Assembly (NCBI GenBank): GCA_052387675.1
Contig: JBQTIY010000007.1
Location: forward strand, 257,544-321,543
Reading direction: 5' to 3'
Origin: Planctomycetota bacterium
GTDB lineage: Bacteria; Planctomycetota; B15-G4
Length of the DNA stretch: 64,000 bases
Part shown: piece by piece, positions 8,242-20,068 of the stretch
How positions within the stretch are numbered: the first letter of the stretch is position 1
Layout: each line of letters begins with the position of its first letter
The notes under the pieces: generated by a model
Seen by the model: the letters and a program-made list of their open reading frames with translations, nothing else
What the model was told of the DNA's origin: nothing
The model's database searches: none
Translations under genes and position numbers: made by a program

Positions 8242-8667
8242 ATGCCCATCGAGAATCTCGATCCGCCGGCCGCGCACAAGGCCATGAGTCAGGATGCCCG
8301 CCACGTCTTCCTCGACGTGCGCACGGTTCAGGAGTTTGAAGCCGGTCATCCGCGCGGCGCGCTCAACGTGCCCTGGTCAGAACTCGATCCGGCCACCGGC
8401 CAGATGAGCAAGAACCCGCACTTTCTGAGCACGGTGGCCAAGCACGTCGGCAAAGACCGCACCGTCTATGTGTCCTGCCAGGCCGGCGTGCGCTCGCTGA
8501 ACGCCTGCAACGCCCTCGAGCCCGCCGGCTACGCCAAGCTGGTCAACGTGACCTCGGGCTACGGCGGCCGCCGCGACCCGAGCGGCGGCATCGTGATTCC
8601 CGGCTGGCGCGACGCCGGCCTGCCCATCGAGCAAGGCCCGTCGGACTACCCCAAGCTCAAGGCCTGA
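8242..8667 (+). CDS. Single-domain rhodanese-like sulfurtransferase
   Basis: It has FLDVRTVQEFEAGHPRGALNVP and the active-site loop VSCQAGVRS (CxxGxR). An AGGAG RBS is at 8231. Confidence 0.85.
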   Translation: MPIENLDPPAAHKAMSQDARHVFLDVRTVQEFEAGHPRGALNVPWSELDPATGQMSKNPHFLSTVAKHVGKDRTVYVSCQAGVRSLNACNALEPAGYAKLVNVTSGYGGRRDPSGGIVIPGWRDAGLPIEQGPSDYPKLKA

Positions 8668-8671
8668 CCGC

Positions 8672-8845
8672 CTAGAAGTTGTCGTAGATGAAGGGCGAAT
8701 CCGCATCGCCCTCGGAGAACATCACCAGCCACACGACCAGGCCCGCCGCGAGGATCAAGGGCGCCAGCCACCAGATCCAGTTCTCCTTGAGAAAGGCGAA
8801 GAAGCCGCCTTGCTGGTCGTCGCCGGTCTGAGGTGCTTCGTTCAT
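8672..8845 (-). CDS. Small membrane protein resembling the DUF5989 family (57 aa; below the ORF-track cutoff)
   Basis: Hand translation gives MNEAPQTGDDQQGGFFAFLKENWIWWLAPLILAAGLVVWLVMFSEGDADSPFIYDNF*. It has one TM helix and the characteristic C-terminal PFIY..F ending. Confidence 0.6.
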   Translation of the reverse strand: MNEAPQTGDDQQGGFFAFLKENWIWWLAPLILAAGLVVWLVMFSEGDADSPFIYDNF

Positions 8846-8866
8846 GGCCTGATCATCTCCTGAAAC

Positions 8867-9892
8867 TCAGCGCGGCGGAAGGACGCCGGCGCGCGCCAGG
8901 GCCGCTTCCAGCTCTCGCGCTGCGATTTCATGGCCCAGCGGCGAAGGATGCGATTTGTCGGATTCGAGCAGCGCCGCCTCACCGGCCGCGGCGAAGGGCA
9001 AGAGCAGGTCCACCAAGATCATTCCTTCGGCGGCAGCCGTGGCCCGCAGCAGCTCCTGGGCCTCCGGCAGGGGCTGGGGCGCCTTCATTTGCGGCAGCGT
9101 GGGATAGACGATGAGCGCCACGGGCACTCCGCGCGCCTTGCACTCGCGCGCCAGCTCGGCGAGGCAGGCCATGGCCTCGTCCCAGTACTGCTTGGAGATC
9201 AGCGAGCCGGTGGGCCGGGTCTCGATGATGCCCCGGTGTCGCTCCACCTTCTCGCGCACCGACTTGGCTTCCGGGTCTTCGCCCAGGAGCTTCCACTTCT
9301 GGACGACGTGCCAGCGCATCCAGTGGTACAGCGGAAAACGCAGCATCCAGGCGCGCCCGGGAAACTCGCGTGGCGCGGTCGTCACGTGTGGAATGGCGTC
9401 GTTCATCACGAAGCCCACGGTGACGAGGTCGGGCTCGAGCGCCCAGCCGTAGTACTTGAGCCAGAGCCGTTCTTGGCAGGAGTTGTAGCCCGAGACGCCG
9501 GCGTTCCAGACCTCGACTTTGCGCGTGGGCAAGCGCGCCGTGAGCGAGCGCTCGAGCACCTGTGCTGTGACGTGCTCGTGCGGCACTTCGACGCCGAAGG
9601 TGAAGGAGTCGCCCAGGCAAACGAGGCGGTAGGTGCCCGCCGGCTTGGGCAGCGTGAGCTCGCGAGGGTCGCGCAGGCCGTAGGCATTGATGTCGAGCGG
9701 AAAGCCGTGCGCAGCCGACAGGTGCTGGTCGGGCAGCCAGCGAAAGAGCAGGTCCTTGGGCGGCGTGATGTTGTCGAAGACCAGCCGGCCGCCGAAGTCC
9801 TCACTGACCAGCGCATTGCCCACGGCCAGGAGCGCCAGGAGCAGGAGCAGGCCGAAACCCACGGCGAGGAGACGGCGGCGCGCACGCGACAT
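8867..9892 (-). CDS. Membrane-anchored SGNH/GDSL-type hydrolase
   Basis: An N-terminal TM helix (LLAVGFGLLLLLALLAV) is followed by the block I motif VCLGDSFTFG, NAGVSGYNS, and a C-terminal DKSHPSPLGHE (DxxH). Confidence 0.75.
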   Translation of the reverse strand: MSRARRRLLAVGFGLLLLLALLAVGNALVSEDFGGRLVFDNITPPKDLLFRWLPDQHLSAAHGFPLDINAYGLRDPRELTLPKPAGTYRLVCLGDSFTFGVEVPHEHVTAQVLERSLTARLPTRKVEVWNAGVSGYNSCQERLWLKYYGWALEPDLVTVGFVMNDAIPHVTTAPREFPGRAWMLRFPLYHWMRWHVVQKWKLLGEDPEAKSVREKVERHRGIIETRPTGSLISKQYWDEAMACLAELARECKARGVPVALIVYPTLPQMKAPQPLPEAQELLRATAAAEGMILVDLLLPFAAAGEAALLESDKSHPSPLGHEIAARELEAALARAGVLPPR

Positions 9893-9907
9893 GGGGCGGA
9901 AGATACC

Positions 9908-12115
<2,208 letters not shown>

Positions 12116-12209
12116 GATTGCTCCGAACGGAAGTGAATCGGCGATCATAGCAAGCTACGCGATGCCGCCTCGGCCATGCCGACCCGCTCCGCGCTGCAGT
12201 GCGCGGCCG

Positions 12210-13382
12210 CTAGATCCGAGCAGAGGCTCTCGCCGCGCGCTGAAAGGCCAGCGCCAGTCCCGCGCCAACCAGCGCGCAGACCGCGAGCACACCGAAGGCG
12301 ACCGCGCTGCCCTGCTTCTCGGCTACGGCTACGACGAGTGGCGGCGCGGCAGCGCCCACCACGAGCGCCAGCAGAAACTTCACCGCGTACGCCGAGCTGC
12401 GGCGCGCGGACGTGGTGTAGGCGGCCAGCAGCCGATTCTCCATCGGCTGCAGTCCGTAGTTGAGGAAGGCGAAGAGCCCGAAGAGAGCGAGTCCCGGGGC
12501 CGCGTTCACGGCGCGCAACGCCAAGGCCGTCGCCAGGAAGAGCAGCGGCTGCACGAGGATGAGGAGCACGTAGCGCGTTCGCTGGCGCGCCCCGCGGGCC
12601 AAGAGTCCGCCGACCCACTGCCCCACGCCGCCCAGCGCCAAAATCGTGGTCTCCGCTCCTGTGACGCTGAAGCCACTGCCCGCTGCTGCGCCACGGGCCT
12701 GCACCGCCTGCGGAAAGAGCACGCTGAAGCCATCGAGCAGAAAACCGTTGACCGACATGACTCCCAGGAAGAGCAGCAGATCGCGGCGGCGCAGCACACC
12801 GTCGGCCACCACGGCCGGCGGCGGCGTGGCGCCCGGCAGCAGGCGCGCGCGCGAGAGCGCCCACCCCACAAGCCCCGTGATGGCCGCGGCCGCGCCGAGC
12901 ACGAAGAAGGCACCGCGCCAGCCCACCCCGAGGAGCAGCGGCACCAGTGCGATACCGAGGCTGCCCGCCACGCCGTGCAGGCCGAGCGCCGGCCCCAGCC
13001 CTTCGCGGCTGGCGGTGTGCGAGATGAGCGCCATGCCGGGTGGGTGATAGAGCCCGGCCGCGACGCCGAGCACCGCATGCGCCGCGAGAAAACTCCCGTA
13101 GCTCTGCGAGAGCGCGCAGAGGCAGGCGCCCGCCGCGAGCAGCCAAAAGAAGGCCAGCAGGACCGGCGTCGTGCCGTAGCGATCCGCCAACAAGCCGGCC
13201 GGCAACGAGGCCAGCCCCATGGCGAGGCCGAAGACCGTTAGCGCCCAAGCCATGTCCACCAGGCCGACACCGAAATCCGCGGCAGCGAGCGCCAGCGCCA
13301 CCGGCAGGACGAGCTTGCTGCCGTGACACAGGAAGTGGCCCGTCGAGGCAAAGCCCAGGGCGAAGCGAGCCGGAGTGCTCAT
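12210..13382 (-). CDS. MFS transporter
   Basis: It is about 390 aa with 12 predicted TM segments and the loop motif LLADRYG (MFS motif A-like). The start is taken at the ATG at 13382 (MSTPARF). Confidence 0.8.
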   Translation of the reverse strand: MSTPARFALGFASTGHFLCHGSKLVLPVALALAAADFGVGLVDMAWALTVFGLAMGLASLPAGLLADRYGTTPVLLAFFWLLAAGACLCALSQSYGSFLAAHAVLGVAAGLYHPPGMALISHTASREGLGPALGLHGVAGSLGIALVPLLLGVGWRGAFFVLGAAAAITGLVGWALSRARLLPGATPPPAVVADGVLRRRDLLLFLGVMSVNGFLLDGFSVLFPQAVQARGAAAGSGFSVTGAETTILALGGVGQWVGGLLARGARQRTRYVLLILVQPLLFLATALALRAVNAAPGLALFGLFAFLNYGLQPMENRLLAAYTTSARRSSAYAVKFLLALVVGAAAPPLVVAVAEKQGSAVAFGVLAVCALVGAGLALAFQRAARASARI

Positions 13383-13515
13383 CGACACCGACTGAGCGTA
13401 CCCGCTCGCCAGTCGCGACGAGCGCCCGATGCGCTCGCCGAGTCCCAGGCCAATGAGTTGCACGAGATGACAAAAGCTTCACCCCGCGCTGAGTCAACGG
13501 CCCCGCATCCTTCCA

Positions 13516-15153
13516 GTGATGCAGGCCATGACTTCAAAAGCCCCGCTCCCCGGGCGAACAGGAGTGCGCAGCACGTGGGCAGCCTTTGCAGTCGCTGGCT
13601 ACCTGACGAGCGTCGGCAATCTGGCGCTGTGGCGCGCCGTGCACTCCGGGCCGGCAGCGCTTTCATGGCCGTCGATCGTGGCGCTCTTCCTCTCACTGCT
13701 GACGCTCTACACCGTGCTGCTGCAGTTCGTGGCTCTGCCCTGGCTCTTCAAACCCATCGCCGCTCTGCTGCTGCTCTTCTCCGGCCTGACCACCTTCGCC
13801 ATGCTCGAGTACGGCATCCTGATCGATGCAGAGATGTTCGCCAACGTTTTCCGAACAGACTCCGCCGAGGCCGGTGAATTCCTGACGGCGAAGAGCTTGC
13901 TCAGCGTACTCATCCTCGGCGGAGTGCCGGCCACACTGCTGACCTGCACACGACTTCGCCATGGCCGACCCTGGCCCGAGTTCGCCCTGCGCTCGGCACT
14001 CGCCGTCGGCCTGCTCGGGGCCTCGGTGGCGACTGTCTGGCCTAACTACAAGGAGCTCTCGATCACGGTGCGTGAGCACCCATCGCTCAAGCTCCTGGTC
14101 AATCCCATCAATCCGCTGACTGGCCTCTTTGTGCACTTGGGCGAGAGCCAGCCCGGACAGTCATCGCCCTTCGTGCAGATCGCTACGGATGCCACGCGGC
14201 CGCCAGGCAGCACCAACCAGCCCCGGCTCATCCTGGTCCTGGTGGTAGGAGAGACTGCCACCGCCAGCCACTTCTCGCTCAACGGCTATGCACGGCCAAC
14301 CAACCCAGAGCTTGAGCAACGCGACATCCTGAACTTCCCGGACGTCACCGCCTGCGGCACATCGACGGCCGTCAGCGTGCCGTGCCTCTTCTCCGCGCTC
14401 CCGCGTGCCGACTTCTCCCGCCAACAAGCAGCCCACTCGGAAAATCTGCTCGATGTGCTGCAACGCGTGGGAGTCAACGTGCTCTGGAGGGATAACAACT
14501 CAGGCAGCCAGGGAGTGGCTGACCGAGTCCCCTTCGAACGCATCGCTGGCCCGGAGTCCTTTCGCAACGAAGCCGAGTTCTACGACGAAGCTCTGCTCGA
14601 GGGTCTGCAGGAGCACTTCGACAGCCAGGCCGGAGACCTCCTCATCGTGCTGCATCAGAAGGGCAGTCACGGCCCGGCCTACTCCCGCCGTTCGCCTCCG
14701 GCATTCAAACGGTTTCTGCCGGAGTGCGCTGCGCTCGACGTTCAAGAATGCCCACAAGACGAACTCGTGAATGCCTACGACAACACCATTCTCTACACCG
14801 ACCACGTGCTTGCTCGGCTCATTGATCTGCTCGCGGCCAATAGCCTTGACGCGCGAGTCGCCATGCTCTACGTCTCCGACCACGGCGAGTCCCTGGGCGA
14901 AAAGGGAATCTATCTGCACGGCTTTCCGTACTGGCTGGCACCGGAACAACAGCGACAAGTGCCGATGGTCTTCTGGGCCTCGCCCGAACTCTATGCGTCG
15001 CTCGCTGCCTCGCGCGACGAGTTGCGCTCGCTAGCACTGCGAGCCTTCAGCCACGACAACATCTTCCACACACTCTTGGGGATCTTCGGCGTGCAATCTG
15101 CCAGCTATGACCCCGAGCTCGACATCTTTGCCGGATCGGCCGGCAAGCACTAG
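13516..15153 (+). CDS. eptA: Phosphoethanolamine transferase (EptA/PmrC/MCR-like: 5-TM N-domain + sulfatase-fold catalytic domain)
   Basis: The N-terminal TM region is followed by LVVGETATASHFSLNGYARPTNPEL (nucleophile Thr region), HQKGSHGPAY and YVSDHGESLGE. The start is among GTG 13516, ATG 13519 and ATG 13528. Confidence 0.85.
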   Translation: MMQAMTSKAPLPGRTGVRSTWAAFAVAGYLTSVGNLALWRAVHSGPAALSWPSIVALFLSLLTLYTVLLQFVALPWLFKPIAALLLLFSGLTTFAMLEYGILIDAEMFANVFRTDSAEAGEFLTAKSLLSVLILGGVPATLLTCTRLRHGRPWPEFALRSALAVGLLGASVATVWPNYKELSITVREHPSLKLLVNPINPLTGLFVHLGESQPGQSSPFVQIATDATRPPGSTNQPRLILVLVVGETATASHFSLNGYARPTNPELEQRDILNFPDVTACGTSTAVSVPCLFSALPRADFSRQQAAHSENLLDVLQRVGVNVLWRDNNSGSQGVADRVPFERIAGPESFRNEAEFYDEALLEGLQEHFDSQAGDLLIVLHQKGSHGPAYSRRSPPAFKRFLPECAALDVQECPQDELVNAYDNTILYTDHVLARLIDLLAANSLDARVAMLYVSDHGESLGEKGIYLHGFPYWLAPEQQRQVPMVFWASPELYASLAASRDELRSLALRAFSHDNIFHTLLGIFGVQSASYDPELDIFAGSAGKH

Positions 15154-15175
15154 CCGCTGTATCGTTCGCGTGGAA

Positions 15176-15358
15176 GCTGAGTGCGCCCGCGGATGGGCGC
15201 TCAGTGCGCCCGTGCGGGGCGCTCAGTGCGCCCGCGACGGGGGCTCGGCGGTGCCGCTCAGACACCTCGCCGACTCGGCCGATGCGGCCGAGAGGTCGGC
15301 TCGGAACTCGCGGCACACCGACCCCCGCCGCGTCGCACACCGCTGCATGGGTTGAAAG
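15176..15358 (+). repeat. Intergenic repeat element, copy 1 (three ~21-nt subrepeats + long imperfect hairpin core)
   Basis: A ~110-nt core (GGGGGCTCGGCGGTGCCGCTCAGACACCTCGCCGACTCGGCCGATGCGGCCGAGAGGTCGGCTCGGAACTCGCGGCACACCGACCCCCGCCGCGTCGCACACCGCTGCA) is identical to the reverse complement of 37888-38000. The central perfect palindrome is CTCGGCCG-ATG-CGGCCGAG. Confidence 0.9.
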
Positions 15359-15401
15359 ACAGTTGGCGGCCGCAGAGCGGAGCCCCTAGCAGCAGTCGCG
15401 C

Positions 15402-17180
15402 TTAGCGAGCGCCGACGGAGAGCCGCTCCTCGAGCGCACGGAACTGCCGCCACATCTCGGCCGGCATGCGCTCCCCGAACTTCTCGAGGAACTCCTTCTG
15501 TCCGGCCAGCTCGGCCTGCCAGGCCTCGGGGTCCACGTCGAGCAGTTCGTCGAGCGCGGCCTTGGAGAGATCCAGGCCGGTGAGATCGAGCGAGCCGGGC
15601 GCGGGCACGTTGCCGATCGGCGTCTTGACCGCGTTCTTCTGCCCGGCGCAGCGATCGAGGATCCAGCGCAGCACGCGCATGTTGTCGCCGAAGCCCGGCC
15701 ACAGGAACTTGCCGTCCTTGTCGGTGCGGAACCAGTTCACGTGGAAAATCTTGGGCGCCTTGGGCGACTTCTCGCCGACGCTCAGCCAGTGCCCGAAGTA
15801 GTCGGCCATGTTGTAGCCACAGAAGGGCAGCATGGCCATCGGGTCGCGGCGCACGACGCCCACGGCGCCGGTGGCCGCCGCCGTGGTCTCGGACGCGACC
15901 ATGGCGCCGACGTAGGTGCCGTGCTTCCAGTCGAAGGTTTCGAAGACCAGCGGCGCGGTGCGCGCGCGACGGCCGCCGAAGATGATGGCCGAGATCGGCA
16001 CGCCCTGCGGGTCATCGAACTTGGGCGAGATGCTGGGGCACTGCGCGGCCGGCGAGGTGAAGCGGCTGTTGGGATGCGCCGCCTTCTCCTTGCTGGCCGG
16101 AGTCCAGGGCTGGCCCTTCCAGTCGGTGGCGGCGGCGGGCGGAGCCGAGAGACCTTCCCACCAGGGCTGGCCGTCGGCGGTGACCGCCGTGTTGGTGAAG
16201 ATGCTGTTCTTGCGCAGCGAAGCCAGCGCATTGGGATTGGTCTTCTCGCTCGTGCCCGGCGCCACGCCGAAGAAGCCGCTCTCGGGATTGATGGCCCAGA
16301 GGCGCCCATCGGGTCCGTACCTCATCCAGCAAATGTCATCGCCGACGGTCCAGATCTTCCAGCCCTTCTGCGCGGCCGGCGGCACGAGCATGGCGAGGTT
16401 GGTCTTGCCGCAGGCACTGGGGAAGGCCGCGGCGATGTAGTGAGTTTCGCCCTGCGGATTCTCGATGCCCAGGATGAGCATGTGCTCGGCGAGCCAGCCC
16501 TCGTCGCGGGCCTGCGCCGAGGCGATGCGCAGCGCATGGCACTTCTTGCCGAGGAGCGCGTTGCCGCCATAACCCGAACCGAAGGACCAAATCTCGCGCG
16601 TCTCGGGGAAGTGACAGATGTAGCGGCGGTCGGGATTGAGGTCGCCCGTGCTGTGCAGGCCCATCACGAAGTCCTTGCTGTCGCCGAGCTTCTCGAGCGC
16701 CTGCTTGCCCATGCGCGTCATGATGCGCATGTTGATCGTGACGTACGGGCTGTCGGTGATCTCGATGCCCACCTTGCTGTAGGGCGACTTGACCGGACCC
16801 ATGCAGTAGGGCACCACGTACATGGTGCGCCCCTTCATGCAGCCGTCGAACAGCGCGCCGAGCTTGGCCTTGGCCTCCTGCGGCGCGAGCCAGTTGTTGT
16901 TCGGACCGGCCGCTTCCTTCTTCTGGCTGCAGATGAAGGTGAGGTGCTCCACACGCGCGACATCGTTCACGCTGCTGCGGTGGTAGTAGCAGCCGGGCCA
17001 CTTGGCTTGGTCCAGTTTCTGCAGCACGCCCGCGGCGAGCATCTCGGCCACCAGCCGGTCGTACTCCGCCTGACTGCCGTCACACCAGTGCACGCGGTCG
17101 GGCTTGCAGCGGTCGACACACTGCTGGACATAGTCCTTGAGGGCCTGGTTGGTGGTGGGCGGAGACGCGGTGGTGGTCAT
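15402..17180 (-). CDS. pckG: Phosphoenolpyruvate carboxykinase (GTP)
   Basis: 592 aa. It carries [13 protein letters not shown] (kinase-1a P-loop), [35 protein letters not shown] and an overall GTP-PEPCK layout. Confidence 0.95.
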   Translation of the reverse strand: MTTTASPPTTNQALKDYVQQCVDRCKPDRVHWCDGSQAEYDRLVAEMLAAGVLQKLDQAKWPGCYYHRSSVNDVARVEHLTFICSQKKEAAGPNNNWLAPQEAKAKLGALFDGCMKGRTMYVVPYCMGPVKSPYSKVGIEITDSPYVTINMRIMTRMGKQALEKLGDSKDFVMGLHSTGDLNPDRRYICHFPETREIWSFGSGYGGNALLGKKCHALRIASAQARDEGWLAEHMLILGIENPQGETHYIAAAFPSACGKTNLAMLVPPAAQKGWKIWTVGDDICWMRYGPDGRLWAINPESGFFGVAPGTSEKTNPNALASLRKNSIFTNTAVTADGQPWWEGLSAPPAAATDWKGQPWTPASKEKAAHPNSRFTSPAAQCPSISPKFDDPQGVPISAIIFGGRRARTAPLVFETFDWKHGTYVGAMVASETTAAATGAVGVVRRDPMAMLPFCGYNMADYFGHWLSVGEKSPKAPKIFHVNWFRTDKDGKFLWPGFGDNMRVLRWILDRCAGQKNAVKTPIGNVPAPGSLDLTGLDLSKAALDELLDVDPEAWQAELAGQKEFLEKFGERMPAEMWRQFRALEERLSVGAR

Positions 17181-17267
17181 GAGGAGAGCCCGAAGCGGCG
17201 AGTGTTGGCGAAAGGCGGCCCATTTTAGCGACGAAAGCGCGGGGCCCGCAACGGGCCGCGTCCGGCT

Positions 17268-19974
17268 TCAGGGCTGCGTGCCGCGCACCGCATTGCTGGC
17301 CGAGAGGCCGCTCTCCAGCGCCGGATCGGTGATCCAGTACTGCATGTAGACCGCAAAGCCTGGCGGCAGTCCGGCCGGCCACGCGGCCCAGCCCAGCGGC
17401 ATGCTGCCGTCGGGCAAGGTGACGAGAGCGATGGAGAGCGTCCACGGCACCGGGACGAGCACGCCGCCCTTGAAGGGCACATTGCCCGCCACGAAGCCCG
17501 CGAAGAGCAAGGCCAGCGCCGACGGCCGGGCGCGCGAGAGCGTGAGCGTGCCGACGCTGTCCACTTCCAGGCTTCCGGCGCCGACGAGGCGCGGCAACAA
17601 GCCGTTGCTGCCCAGCTTGGCGAAGCCCAAGTTGGCCCAGGGCGGCAGTTCGAGGCAGGTCACGAAGCCTTCGCCCGCATCGCCGGGCAGTCCGGCGTAG
17701 CTCGGATCGGCCGCGCCCTGCGTCGTGGCCCAGCCGCTCGAGGTCGTGCGGCCGACGATCTGCGCCGCGCCGTGCGCGTCGACGGATAGCGCGAGCGGTG
17801 TGTCGTCGCCGGCGGCGCCGAGATAGCTGGCGTACCGACGCGCGGTGCCCTCGGGCGACCAGCGCGCGAGGTAGCCGTCCTCACCGCCTGCAAGCGAGGC
17901 CTGATAGGCACCGCTCGTCACCGGCAGAGCGGCCGAGCGCGTTGCGGCCAGCACGGTGACGGCGCCCAAAGTGTCAACGGCCAGGCCCTGCACGGCCTCG
18001 TCACCAGCGCCGCCCAGGAAGCTCGACCACATCAGGCTGCTTCCGTCGGCGGAGAGCCGCGTGACGAATCCGTCCGCGGCGCCGCCGGGGGCCGGCGGCC
18101 GGGTGGCGGCCCGCGGGGGGGAGTGCCGACCCACCACCCCCCCCCCCACAAACACAAAACCCCCCCGCCCCGCCCCGGTCGCCCCCCCACTCGGGGATCC
18201 CCCCGTCGCCGGAGCCCCCCCTTACCCCCCCCCCCGCGCCGCCGCCGGCGGCCGGCTGCAGAGTGCCGGCCGTCGTGGGGAAGTCCGTACCGACGACGCG
18301 CCCGCCGACAAGCACATCACCGCCCGGCGCGAGCGCCAAGCAGCGTGCTTCCTCGACACCGGCGCCGCCCAGCAGCGTGGACCACTCCAAGTTCGCGCCA
18401 TCGGCCGAGGCGCGGCACACGAAGGCGTCGGTTTCATCCGCCGAGGGGCCGCCATAGCTCTCGTCGTAGGCGCCGGCCGTCGTGGGGAAATCAACGCTGC
18501 CCGTCAGGCCCGCGACATGCGCACGGCCGGCGGCATCCGCGACCAGGGCCTGCGGCTCATCGCGCAGCACGCCGCCCAGCAACGTGGACCAGGGCAGCGC
18601 GCTCCCATCGAGCGAGAGCTTGGAGAGAAAGCCATCGGGCGTGAAGAAGATGGAGTTGAAGCTGGTATCGAAGGCGCCGGCCGTCGCGGGAAAGGGCAGC
18701 AAGCCGTTGGAGTAGGTGCGCCCGGTGACGAGCACGCCGCTGGGCGTGAGGGCCAGCGCGGCCGCACGATCTTCCTTGTCGCCGCCGAGGAAGGTACTCC
18801 AGCTCAACGCGCCCGTTGAAGTGAAGCGCGCGACGAAGCCGTCGACGCCGCCGCGCGCGGTGGGCTGATAGCTGCCGGCCGTCGCCGGAAAATCCGCCGA
18901 GTTCGACCAGCCACAGACAAAGACCGAGCCGGCGGCATCCACGGCCACGCCGCTCGCGCCCTCCCCCACAAAGAAGCCGCTGTCGGTGCCGCCCAGATAG
19001 GTCACCCACTGCGTGCTGCCCGGCAAGCTCTCGCCGCCCAGGCCGCTGTTCACGAGCAGGCGCGCCACGAAGGCATCGCCGTATCCGAGCAGTCCACGCT
19101 GCACGCTGCCGGGTGTCGCCGGGAAGTTGCCGGAAGTGGTCAGCCCCGCGACGACGAGCGCGCCATCACCGGCATCGGCCACGGCCAGGATTTCGTCGCG
19201 CAGCGAGCCGCCGAGATAGCTCTGGTACTGGAGCACGGGATCCACGACGAGGGGCAGCGCGAGGTGGCGCCCCGGCGCCTCGAAGCCGACGCGTCCGCCG
19301 CCGAGCAGGCGGAAGTGCGCGGTGACCGGCACCCGCGCGCCGCCGGGCAGTTCTTGCCAAGCCGCAGGAATGTGCTGCAGCAGGCGGCCCGTGCCGAGCT
19401 CGGCGACGAGACGGCCCTGCTCATCGATGTTCAGCGACTCGGCGCCGTGCAGTTGCAGCGCGACCACATCTAGCGGTGTGCCCGCCGGCAGCAGCAGGTC
19501 GTACTCGAGCGCGCCGTGCAGGCGCACGGCGGCACCGCCCGGCAGCCCGCTCCATTGCAGACTCGAGTAGGCCGGCACGCCAAGCAGCCAGCCCTCGGCC
19601 GATGAACCGCGCAGAAAGTTCAGGTGGCCGAGCGGCTCGCCGACCGCGTGGACACGCGCCTGCCCGCTGGCGAAGCCCGGCGCGCCGCTCGCCGTCGAGG
19701 AGGACGCTCCGTCGAAGCGCAACTCCACGCTGCCGCGCTCATGGCCCAGCACCAGGCCCGCATCGGTGGCAAAGACCGACAGCGCGCCCTGCTCGGCGAC
19801 AAAACGAGCCCGCCCATCGGCTTGCCCACGGTTCTCGGCGAAGGCCTCGAGCAGGGTCTGCGCCTCGGCCTCCGGCTGGGCCACGACACCACTCACCACG
19901 AGCAGCAACGCCGGCAGGAGCCAGCGACGAAGGGACCATGGGCCGGAATTGGGGCGGTGCATGACAGCGGGCAT
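17268..19974 (-). pseudogene. Secreted SBBP (beta-propeller) repeat protein, reading frame broken at ~18113-18240 (ORFs 18001..19974 and 17268..18155)
   Basis: It has a signal peptide (LLPALLLVVSGVVAQPEAEAQ). Repeats of the type DAFV.R......L.WST.LGG continue seamlessly in both ORFs (DGFVARFTSTGALSWSTFLGG and DGFVTRLSADGSSLMWSSFLGG). The frames differ across a block of C/G homopolymer runs. Confidence 0.7.
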
Positions 19975-20068
19975 AACGACAGGCCGGGCGAGAGCGAGGG
20001 CGGGCGGACGCGAGAGACATCGGGCGAGAGGTGATCAGGTCGCTCACCTGATCGGCCTATAGCCTAGC

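Noticed and set aside
15177-15240. Three short direct repeats (GCGCTCAGTGCGCCCG...) that could be a mini-CRISPR
   Set aside because: The units are contiguous (21-22 nt period) with no spacers, no cas genes are present, and the same units are part of the dispersed intergenic element.
15047-15340. A conserved peptide (..GVGVPRVPSRPLGRIGRVGEVSERHRRAPAAGALSA..) appearing in ORFs 15047..15340(-), 36356..36760(-) and 37898..38374(+), which could be a small repeated gene
   Set aside because: The similarity is a by-product of the nucleotide repeat. Copy 2 differs from copies 1 and 3 by a 1-nt indel that changes the frame, the ORFs run into neighbouring genes, and there is no RBS or consistent start. 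I treated it as a non-coding repeat.
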